A stretch of 24,000 nucleotides of DNA, taken from NCBI GenBank assembly GCA_019241085.1, contig JAFAXH010000150.1, positions 7,620 through 31,619 of the forward strand, given 5' to 3'. A program made the position numbers and the translations under genes. A model generated the notes under the pieces. The model saw only the letters and a program-made list of their open reading frames with translations, had not been told where the DNA came from and did not search any database. How positions within the stretch are numbered: the stretch's first letter is position 1; every line of letters starts with the position of its first letter. This document shows, piece after piece, positions 6,660 through 14,144 of this stretch. The DNA comes from Verrucomicrobiota bacterium. GTDB taxonomy: Bacteria > Verrucomicrobiota > Verrucomicrobiia > Chthoniobacterales > SZAS-18.

Positions 6660-8363
6660 ATGCACAATCCACAAGACACGGTGCTCCGGCGGGCGCTTGC
6701 CGCGGTGGCGCGGCGTTGCCAGTGGGCGCTCTTTGGCCGGCGCTTGCGGTGGGCCTCGCTGGCAATGGCGACTCTCATCGCAGCGGGATTGTTGCTAACG
6801 CGGCTGACCGGCTGGTTTGCTTGGCCGCCAGCCGACGCAAAGTCCGCGGGCTTCTGCGGGCTGGCGACGCTCTTCGCTGCGTTCCTTTGCGCCGCCGCAA
6901 TCTGGCGCTGGCGTCGGCCCACGCTTGCTCAGGCAGCCACGCTCGCTGACCGCACGTTAGCCAACGACCCCCAGCATCAAGATTTGTTTTCCACTGCCGT
7001 GCGTCTCGACGCGCCGGGCGCGCGCGACGATTTCTCCGCGCTCGTCCTCGCCCGCGCCGAGCAGGCAGCCGCCGCGCTCGCGCCGGCTAGAGTCGTGCCG
7101 TTTTGCTGGCTGCATGGCGCGCGCGACATCGGTCTCGCGCTTGTTGTCGTGGGCTTGTGCGCCGCGTTCGTTCCCGCGCTCGATCCGTTCGGTTTCGGCA
7201 GGACGCGACAAAAAACCGCGCAGCTCCGCGAGCGCCTGACGCAAACCGAGCGCGCCACGGCACAGCAGCTTGCCACGCTCACCGAGCGGCCGGCGGAACG
7301 TCACGCCGAAGTCGAGCGCGCTCTGGCGCGATTGAGCGATACTTTCCAGACCGCACAACCGAACGCGACTGACGCCAATCGCCAGCGACTGTTGGAAAAT
7401 CAACGCGACCTCGGACAGCTCTGGCGTCAACTCAGCGAAGAAAAACTCCGCGCCGCGCTGGCCTCAGACACCGCCGGGCAAACGCTTGGACGCAGCACCA
7501 ATGCGGCCGATGAGAAAGCGCGCGGCGAATGGCAGGAGGCGCTCCGCCGCGGCGACACGAGTCCCTTGCAAAAAGAAGTCGCCGACCTGCGGGAAAAAGT
7601 CCGCCGCCTGGAAGCGATGCCGGATTCCGCCGAAAAACAAACGCTGCGCGACCAAGTGCGCCAGCGTCTCCAAACGCTCGCCGACGCCGCAGCGAAAGAA
7701 GGCCGCTCGCCCGCGCTCGATTCCGCGCTCACCCGCGCGCTGGAGCAACTCGACCTTTCCAGTGGCGCCGACCTCGCCAAGCAGTCGCTCGCCGCGGCGG
7801 AAAACTCCTTGAAATTGAGCGAACAAGAACTTGCCGCGCTGAGCCAGTCATTGGCCGATTTGAAAAATTTGGAGAACGCGCTCAAGGCGTTGCAACTGGC
7901 GAAGCGTCTCAACGACGAAGGCCAGCTCGATGGCGGTCACGGCCAGCCCGCGGGCAACGGCGCGCCGTCGTCGCCCGGCGATTATGCCAGCCTGTATGCG
8001 CAGAAGCTCGCCGGCCTCCAACCAGGCGAAGGCAACGGGCAAAATCCCGGTCCCGGCGGCAGCGGCGCGGGCATCGGACAAGGCGGCACTCGCCCGGAAA
8101 ACGGCGGCGCCGACAGCGCCTTTCGACCGGAGGAATCCACCTCCGCGCTGGCCGGCGGCAAACTGCTCTTGCAATGGAAAACGCGCGAGCTGGCCGACGC
8201 CGGCCAAGCCCGCGAGGAATACGACCGCGCCGCGCGCCAGGTCCGCGATGGCGTGGGCGAGGCCATCGTGCGCGAAAATGTGCCGCCCGGTTATCACACG
8301 GGCATTCAAAAATATTTCGACAACCTGCCCGCGCCGTCGCCGTCACCGGCAGGGAATCGTTGA
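6660..8363 (+). CDS. Membrane-anchored coiled-coil protein (three N-terminal TM segments, long Ala/Leu/Gln/Arg helical region, Gly/Pro/Asn-rich linker, conserved-looking C-terminal PPGY...YF motif); function unknown
   Basis: Track ORF 6591-8363 starts at GTG; the ATG at 6660 (MHNPQDTVLRR...) is preferred. TM candidates are WASLAMATLIAAGLLLTRL, FCGLATLFAAFLCAAAIW and IGLALVVVGLCAAFVPAL. The C-terminus is IVRENVPPGYHTGIQKYFDNL. The architecture recalls the low-complexity membrane proteins (DUF4175/TIGR02302-type) that accompany MoxR-DUF58 clusters, but I cannot confirm family membership. Confidence 0.7.
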   Translation: MHNPQDTVLRRALAAVARRCQWALFGRRLRWASLAMATLIAAGLLLTRLTGWFAWPPADAKSAGFCGLATLFAAFLCAAAIWRWRRPTLAQAATLADRTLANDPQHQDLFSTAVRLDAPGARDDFSALVLARAEQAAAALAPARVVPFCWLHGARDIGLALVVVGLCAAFVPALDPFGFGRTRQKTAQLRERLTQTERATAQQLATLTERPAERHAEVERALARLSDTFQTAQPNATDANRQRLLENQRDLGQLWRQLSEEKLRAALASDTAGQTLGRSTNAADEKARGEWQEALRRGDTSPLQKEVADLREKVRRLEAMPDSAEKQTLRDQVRQRLQTLADAAAKEGRSPALDSALTRALEQLDLSSGADLAKQSLAAAENSLKLSEQELAALSQSLADLKNLENALKALQLAKRLNDEGQLDGGHGQPAGNGAPSSPGDYASLYAQKLAGLQPGEGNGQNPGPGGSGAGIGQGGTRPENGGADSAFRPEESTSALAGGKLLLQWKTRELADAGQAREEYDRAARQVRDGVGEAIVRENVPPGYHTGIQKYFDNLPAPSPSPAGNR

Positions 8364-8372
8364 ACCCGACGA

Positions 8373-9422
8373 ATGCCGCGTCGTCGCTTTTTTTTGCTGC
8401 TGCTCGGTTTGTGCGGGCTGGCGTTTGCCTGGACCACATTTCGCCGGGCGCGGGCGGATGCGCTGGTCGTTTACTGCGCGCACGACGCGGTATTTGCGGA
8501 AAAAATTTTGCGCGATTTTGAGCGCGCGACCGGCGTGCCCGTCGCGGTGCGCTTCGACACGGAGGCCACGAAATCGCTCGGCCTCGTCGAGCTGCTCCTG
8601 CGCGAAACGGCGACGCCGCGCTGCGACGTTTTTTGGAACAACGAATGGCTCGGCACGCGCCGACTCGCCGACGCCAATCTGCTCCTGCCCTACCGCGGCC
8701 CCGGCCACGCGCGCATCCCTGCGGAGTGGAAAGACGCCGCGGCGCGCTGGACCGGATTTGCCGCGCGTCTGCGCGTCTGGATCGTAAACACGCGCGCCCT
8801 TCCCGCGTTCAATGACGCGGCGTTGGAGCGTGCCCTGGCTGCGCCGAATCTCACGCGCGTCGCCCTCGCCAAGCCACTGTTCGGCACGACGTTCACCCAT
8901 TACACCGCGCTGTGGGATCGCTGGGGGCCGGAGCGCACGCGGGCGTGGCATCGCGACTGGCGCGCGCGTGGCGTCACCGAAGCTGCGGGCGGCAACGCCG
9001 CGGTGAAAACACTCGTCGCCAGCGGCGTCTGCGACCTGGGCTTGACTGACACCGACGATTTTTTTGAAGCCCAGGACGACGGCGCCCCGGTCGCGATGCT
9101 GCCCGTCCGGCTCGCCGACGGCGCGACGATTGTCATTCCCAACACGGTCGCCATCCTGCGCAGCACGCGCCGGCTGGCGGCGGCGCAACGGCTCGTCGAT
9201 TTCCTGCTCTCGGCGGAGACCGAGCTGGCGCTGGCAAAGTCCGGTTCGCGCCAGATTCCGCTCGGTCCGGTGGCGGACGCAAACGCGCTGCCGCCGGAGG
9301 TGCAGACATTGCGCGGCGAACTGACGCGCGCTTATCCGCTGGCGCAGCAACCGGATGCCGTCGCCGAAGCTTGTTTGACTTGGCTGAAAGCGGAGTCCGG
9401 TCTGGCGCAGGCGCGGCGTTAA
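8373..9422 (+). CDS. ABC transporter periplasmic substrate-binding protein (FbpA/AfuA iron(III)-type family-1 SBP-like)
   Basis: 349 aa with an N-terminal signal-anchor MPRRRFFLLLLGLCGLAFA. VVYCAHDAVFAEKILRDFERATGVPVAVRFDTEATKSLGLVELLL...CDVFWNNEW resembles the N-lobe of Fe3+/thiamine/polyamine cluster-D binding proteins. The ligand cannot be assigned. Confidence 0.75.
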   Translation: MPRRRFFLLLLGLCGLAFAWTTFRRARADALVVYCAHDAVFAEKILRDFERATGVPVAVRFDTEATKSLGLVELLLRETATPRCDVFWNNEWLGTRRLADANLLLPYRGPGHARIPAEWKDAAARWTGFAARLRVWIVNTRALPAFNDAALERALAAPNLTRVALAKPLFGTTFTHYTALWDRWGPERTRAWHRDWRARGVTEAAGGNAAVKTLVASGVCDLGLTDTDDFFEAQDDGAPVAMLPVRLADGATIVIPNTVAILRSTRRLAAAQRLVDFLLSAETELALAKSGSRQIPLGPVADANALPPEVQTLRGELTRAYPLAQQPDAVAEACLTWLKAESGLAQARR

Positions 9423-9439
9423 ATCAAAGGAACGTTTGG

Positions 9440-10858
9440 ATGCCAACTGCGCCCTTGCCCATTCCTTCCCTTTGGCCCACTGCCGGACGCGCCTTGCTCG
9501 TGGCGCTCGTTTCGCTCGGCGCGGCTCGTTGCATCATCCAAGCGCGCTTGCTCGAAGCGAACGGTGGGCGGCGCCAGGTCGCGTGGATTTGTTTGCTCGC
9601 GCCATTTTTTGCGCCGGCGCTGCTGGTCGGTTACGCCTTCGCGCCGCTGGCGCAAATGCTCGTGCGCGCGCCGACCGCTCAGACTGCTTTGTATGCCTGG
9701 CTGCTCTGGACGCGGCTGCTGCCCGTGGCTGTGATCGCCCTGCTGCTCGCGCCGTCCGCACTGACGCCGCAGGGCGAACATTGCGCGCATCTGCTGCCGC
9801 ATCGCGCCGCGCAAAAAAGAATCGTTGCCTGGCGCTTGCGCTGGCGCGCGGCGGGACCGGCGCCGTTCGTGGCGCTGGCCAGCGTTTTTTTGCTCGCGTT
9901 CGGCGAGTTCGAGCTGGCTTCGCTCGTGGGAGTCAAGACGTGGACCGTCGCGATTTTCAACGCCCAAGCCGGCGGTCTCGCGCCAGGCGCCGCGTTGCGT
10001 CTGGCGGCTGCGCCCGCACTGCTCCAAGCCGCGGCTCTCGGCAGCGTGCTCGGACTGCTCGCGCTGCAATCCAAATCCAACGAACGCCGGCCGATTTTGC
10101 ACCAAGCAGAAAAACCGTCTGGAAAAAAAAGCGCGCGCTTGTCTGCGTGGCTGCTGCTCGGCGCGAGCGCCATCATCGGCGCGGCCTTGCCCGTGGCGTT
10201 GCTCGCGTTCGGAGCGTGGCGCGGGCTGGCGCGCTTGACCGAACATCCGGCGCTCGCGCAGGAGATCGCGACCAGCGCCGGGTTTGCCGCGCTGGCTGCG
10301 TGCTGCGCCGGTTGGCTCGCGGCGGCGTTCTGGCAACGCCGCGCCCGCTGCCGCTGGTGCGGGTTCGTCCTCGCTGCGCCGGCAATGGGCGGCACGCTGC
10401 TCCTTGCGCTCGGCGTGCTGACACTTTTCCAAGCCACGCTGACCCTGGGCCAGCTCTACGATTCGCCGTTGCCGCTGCTGCTGGCCCTAACGTGGATGTT
10501 GCTCCCGCCGGCGTTGCTGTTCACCGCGCTGCGGCAAGCCACGCGGCCGGCAGAGGCGCTGCACGTTGCGCAACTTGCCGGCAGCCCGCCGGCGTTATTC
10601 TGGCAACTCGAGGGCCGGACGCGGGCCGGCGTAGTTTTTGCGCTCTTTTGCCTGGCATATTTCGATCTCACTTGCAGTTCGCTCCTCGCGCCGACGGGTC
10701 TGCCGCCGGTCTTCGTGCGGCTTTACAATCTCGCCCATTACGGCCACAGCGCGGTGCTCTCCGCGATGCTGCTGCTCGCTTATCTGGCACCGGGATGCGT
10801 GGGATTGCTCGGTGCATTCGTTTGCCAACATGTCGCCCTACTCCGTTCGGATCGTTGA
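9440..10858 (+). CDS. ABC transporter permease, fused two-domain (FbpB-like), divergent
   Basis: Track ORF 9371-10858. The ATG at 9440 is preceded by aaagga. About 12 hydrophobic segments fall in two halves. The EAA-loop-like regions are weak (AQAGGLAPGAALRLAAAPALL and EALHVAQLAGSPPALFWQLE). Its position between the SBP and ATPase genes supports the call. Confidence 0.65.
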   Translation: MPTAPLPIPSLWPTAGRALLVALVSLGAARCIIQARLLEANGGRRQVAWICLLAPFFAPALLVGYAFAPLAQMLVRAPTAQTALYAWLLWTRLLPVAVIALLLAPSALTPQGEHCAHLLPHRAAQKRIVAWRLRWRAAGPAPFVALASVFLLAFGEFELASLVGVKTWTVAIFNAQAGGLAPGAALRLAAAPALLQAAALGSVLGLLALQSKSNERRPILHQAEKPSGKKSARLSAWLLLGASAIIGAALPVALLAFGAWRGLARLTEHPALAQEIATSAGFAALAACCAGWLAAAFWQRRARCRWCGFVLAAPAMGGTLLLALGVLTLFQATLTLGQLYDSPLPLLLALTWMLLPPALLFTALRQATRPAEALHVAQLAGSPPALFWQLEGRTRAGVVFALFCLAYFDLTCSSLLAPTGLPPVFVRLYNLAHYGHSAVLSAMLLLAYLAPGCVGLLGAFVCQHVALLRSDR

Positions 10859-11810
10859 AAAAAATGCGCCGCCTTCCGCGTGGCTGTGGCGGCTGCAAGA
10901 AATCCGGCTCGGCGACCGGCTCCGCATCCCGGCGCTGGATTTCCCTGCGGATCAAGTCACGGCGGTGCTCGGCCATTCCGGCGCAGGCAAAACGTCGTTG
11001 CTCAACCTGCTCGTCGGCTTTGAAAAACCGGACGCCGGAACCGTGACGCCGCACCCACGTGCGCAGCCATTTTTTTGGGTGCCCCAAAACGCCGGACTAT
11101 GGCCGCACCTGACGGCGCGCGAGCACCTGCGCCTCGTGCGAGGCAAGGCACACGCGGAGTGCGATGCCGCGTTGGACGCGCGGCTGGCGGCCTTTGATCT
11201 TGCGGAGCGCGCGCGCGCCCGACCCGCGACGCTGTCGTCCGGCGAGTGCGCGCGGCTGGCGGTGGCGCGGGCGCTGGCATTTCCGAACGCCGCGGTGCTG
11301 GTCATGGACGAGCCGTTGGCGCACGTGGATTCGGCGCGCAGCGGGAGCTATTGGCGGACGATGCGCGGGCACTTGCAGGCGCAAGGGACGGCGCTGATTT
11401 TTTCGACACACTCGCCGGAGATCGTGCTGGCCGAGGCGACGCACGCGGTGTGTTTGCAAGCGAGCAGGCTGCGCTTCGCCGGCGACGTGCCGACGTTGTA
11501 TCAGAGCGCGCCGGATGAGGAACTGGCAAATTTTCTCGGCCCCGTGAACTGGCTGCCGGCGGCGGAAGCCGCGCGCTGGCTGAGCAACCAGCCGACGCTG
11601 GAAACGCCCTGTGTTCGACCGGAAAAAATCTCGCTGGAAGTCGCGGACGACGCGCGGTTCGTCGTCACAGCAACGCGCTTTTTCGGAAGCCACGCGGAAG
11701 CCGAACTGCACGATCCGGCGACCGGTGAAACCCGCCGTTTTTTCCATCGTCCAGCGAACAACGCGGGATTGCGCCCCGGCTCGCGAGTGCGGATACAATG
11801 CCTGCGATGA
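10830..11810 (+). CDS. ABC transporter ATP-binding protein with C-terminal TOBE-like domain
   Basis: Track ORF 10638-11810. The internal ATG at 10830 (MSPYSVRIVEK...) overlaps the permease end by 29 nt. Walker A GHSGAGKTS, Q-loop VPQNAGLW, signature variant LSSGECARL, Walker B VLVMDEPLAHVD, H-loop FSTHSPE. Confidence 0.85.
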   Translation: MSPYSVRIVEKNAPPSAWLWRLQEIRLGDRLRIPALDFPADQVTAVLGHSGAGKTSLLNLLVGFEKPDAGTVTPHPRAQPFFWVPQNAGLWPHLTAREHLRLVRGKAHAECDAALDARLAAFDLAERARARPATLSSGECARLAVARALAFPNAAVLVMDEPLAHVDSARSGSYWRTMRGHLQAQGTALIFSTHSPEIVLAEATHAVCLQASRLRFAGDVPTLYQSAPDEELANFLGPVNWLPAAEAARWLSNQPTLETPCVRPEKISLEVADDARFVVTATRFFGSHAEAELHDPATGETRRFFHRPANNAGLRPGSRVRIQCLR

Positions 11811-12781
11811 AAACGCTCTCGCGACGCCGCTTTCTTGAAACGCTCGGCGCGTCAGCGGCAGCGGGCGCGCTGGCCGGTTGTCAGCGGGAAAAACACGGCA
11901 ACGCGACGCTGCCGGTGAGTGACTGGCGGGCTTGGAATTTGCCGCCGGAAGGCGCGCTCCTGCCGGCGCCGCGCGGGGTCACGCTCGCGGGCGAAGGCAC
12001 GCCTGCGGAGGCGCTCCTGGTGCTCGACACCGCGGGGCGGATTTTGTGTTGCCGTCCGGAATCCGGCGAGGTCTTGCGGCAATGGCGGATGCCGGAAACG
12101 GGCGTCGGCAAACCCGAAGGCATCTGCGCCTTGCGCGATGGACGCACGATTGTTTGCGACACGCACTATCATCGCATCCTCGTCTTCGACGCGCGCGGCC
12201 AAGTCACCGCGCAATGGGGCCGCTACGGCACGGGACAGGGTGAACTGATTTATCCCGTCGGCATCGCGAAGGATGACGCGGAAAATTTGTTTGTTTGCGA
12301 ATACGGCGGCAACGACCGCGTGCAACGCTGGAGCCGCGACGGCGTCTGGCAGGCGGCGTTTGGGAAATTCGGCACGGCGCCCGGCGAGCTCCAACGGCCG
12401 AGCGGCCTGTGCTGGCACGACGGCCGGGTGTTCGTCGCGGACGCGATCAACAATCGGGTGAGCATTTATCGCGCGGACAACGGCGAATTTCTCACCGCTT
12501 GCGGCCACGCGCCCGGCGCGCTCGATCTGCCCTACGGCGTCATCTGGAATCCCGCCGCCGCGCGCGGCCGGGGCGCGCTCGACGTGATCGAATACGGCGC
12601 GGGCCGCCTGACGCGCCTCGATCCCGATTCCGGCCAGGTGCTCGCCCGCTACGGCCAGGCCGGTGGCGGCGGCGCGGAAGGAGAATTTGGCACGCCGTGG
12701 GCCTTGTGCGCCGATGCCACCGGGCACCGGCTGTGGATTGCGGACACGAAAAACCGGCGCGTCGTCAGCTTGCGCGTTTGA
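11807..12781 (+). CDS. NHL-repeat six-bladed beta-propeller protein, Tat signal plus lipobox (predicted lipoprotein)
   Basis: The ATG at 11807 overlaps the ATPase stop (ATGA, 11807-11810); an alternative ATG lies at 11798. The leader is MKTLSRRRFLETLGASAAAGALAGC (SRRxFL plus LAGC). NHL-like units recur: ..G.G.GEL.YPVGIA.D....LFVCEYGGNDRVQRW..DG, ..PGELQRPSGLCWHDGRVFVADAINNRVSIY, ..FGTPWALCADATGHRLWIADTKNRRVVSL. Confidence 0.8.
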   Translation: MKTLSRRRFLETLGASAAAGALAGCQREKHGNATLPVSDWRAWNLPPEGALLPAPRGVTLAGEGTPAEALLVLDTAGRILCCRPESGEVLRQWRMPETGVGKPEGICALRDGRTIVCDTHYHRILVFDARGQVTAQWGRYGTGQGELIYPVGIAKDDAENLFVCEYGGNDRVQRWSRDGVWQAAFGKFGTAPGELQRPSGLCWHDGRVFVADAINNRVSIYRADNGEFLTACGHAPGALDLPYGVIWNPAAARGRGALDVIEYGAGRLTRLDPDSGQVLARYGQAGGGGAEGEFGTPWALCADATGHRLWIADTKNRRVVSLRV

Positions 12782-12832
12782 CGATTTTTTGCGCCGTCGG
12801 CCTGGTGGATTACACTGCCTGCCCGCCAACGC

Positions 12833-13459
12833 ATGGACTCCGCACCCATCCTGCCATCGCCGACGCTCGCCTGTCACGATTGTGACGCGCTCTACACCGC
12901 GCCCGCCGTTGCCGAAGGTGAAAAAATCATCTGCGCGCGTTGTGGCGCGCGCCTCTTCGCGCGCTGGCCCAACGCGCTGCAACGCGCGACGGCGCTCGTG
13001 TGCGCGTCGGCCTGGTTTTTCGTTCTCGCGAACATTTTCCCCTTCCTCTCGCTGCAAGCCGAATACCGGGAGAGCGGCATGGTGCTGGGTGGGACCGTCT
13101 CCGGATTGGAGGAACACGGTTTTCCCCTGTTGGGCGCGCTGGTCGGCGTATTCATGCTCGGCGCGCCGACGCTCATCATCGGCGGGTTGCTTTACGTGCT
13201 CGTGCCGCTTTTCCACCATCGCCGGCTGCCGGGCGCGGGCCGGCTCTATCGCGCCATCCTGGAAGCGCGGCGGTGGAACATGGTGGAAGTGTATCTGCTC
13301 GGGGTGCTGGTGAGCCTTTTGAAACTGGGCAAGCTGGCCACGCTGTCGCTGGGCACGTCGTTCTGGGCCTTTGTCGGACTCATCGTCTGCCTGACGGCCG
13401 CGCTGTCGGCCATCGACCACCGCGAGCTTTGGTCCAAAATGGAAGGAGCCAGCCGGTGA
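12833..13459 (+). CDS. pqiA: PqiA-family inner-membrane protein, first half-type subunit
   Basis: 208 aa. It has an N-terminal CxxC...CxxC (LACHDCDALY...IICARCGARL) followed by four hydrophobic segments, as in each repeat of E. coli PqiA. Confidence 0.85.
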   Translation: MDSAPILPSPTLACHDCDALYTAPAVAEGEKIICARCGARLFARWPNALQRATALVCASAWFFVLANIFPFLSLQAEYRESGMVLGGTVSGLEEHGFPLLGALVGVFMLGAPTLIIGGLLYVLVPLFHHRRLPGAGRLYRAILEARRWNMVEVYLLGVLVSLLKLGKLATLSLGTSFWAFVGLIVCLTAALSAIDHRELWSKMEGASR

Positions 13460-14124
13460 CGGCGTCGAAAACCGCCTTCGATCCCGCCAGCGCGGCGGCG
13501 CGCGGACTGGCGCACTGCCATTTTTGCGCACAAGTGCAGCCCGTCGCCCACGCGCACTGCGCGCGCTGCCACGCGGCGCTGCACCTGCGCAAGCCGCACT
13601 CGCTCCAGCGAACCCTCGCGCTCACCCTCGGCGCGATGCTGCTCTACCTGCCGGCCAATCTCCTGCCGGTGCTCAACGTCGAGAGCAGCGTGAAGGGCAA
13701 CCAGCAAAACACGATCCTCAGCGGCGTGATCCAATTCTGGCAGGACGGCGACTACCCGGTGGCGCTCATCATTTTCACCGCCAGCATCGTCATTCCCATC
13801 GCGAAGATCATTTCCATTTTAATCCTCTGCCGCGCCGCGCAAACCGGCCGCCGTCCATCGGCGATGACGCGCCTGCACCGCATCACCGATTTCGTCGGGC
13901 GCTGGTCGATGGTCGATGTTTTCGTGGTGGCGATCCTCGTCGGCGTCGTGCAGCTCGGCACGGTGATGACCGTCACTCCCGGCGGCGGCGCGTTTGCCTT
14001 TGCGGCCGTCGTCATCCTCACCATGCTCGCGGCCCACTCCTTCGATCCGCGCCTGATCTGGGACGCCGCGGCACGTCGTTTGAACACCGCTTCCCACCGC
14101 AACCGTCCCGACGGCGCGGCGTGA
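13456..14124 (+). CDS. pqiA: PqiA-family inner-membrane protein, second half-type subunit
   Basis: The GTG at 13456 overlaps the upstream stop (GTGA). It lies in frame within track ORF 12940-14124, whose upstream part is Arg-rich shadow sequence. CHFC...CARC motif. TILSGVIQFWQDGDYPVALIIFTASIVIPIAKI and RWSMVDVFVVAILV are typical PqiA motifs. Confidence 0.85.
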   Translation: MTASKTAFDPASAAARGLAHCHFCAQVQPVAHAHCARCHAALHLRKPHSLQRTLALTLGAMLLYLPANLLPVLNVESSVKGNQQNTILSGVIQFWQDGDYPVALIIFTASIVIPIAKIISILILCRAAQTGRRPSAMTRLHRITDFVGRWSMVDVFVVAILVGVVQLGTVMTVTPGGGAFAFAAVVILTMLAAHSFDPRLIWDAAARRLNTASHRNRPDGAA

Positions 14125-14144
14125 GTTTTTTGAAAAAAATTTGC

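Noticed and set aside
9419-11046. 536-aa plus-strand (9436-11046) and 337-aa minus-strand (9419-10432) ORFs over the permease gene
   Set aside because: Their composition is Arg/Ala-dominated and not hydrophobic. The 9440 frame encodes about 12 hydrophobic segments and fits the operon context.
11852-13531. 559-aa minus-strand ORF spanning the NHL and pqiA genes
   Set aside because: It is extremely Arg/Ala-rich and low-complexity, and antisense to two motif-supported genes. It crosses their intergenic gap only because stop codons are rare at this GC content.
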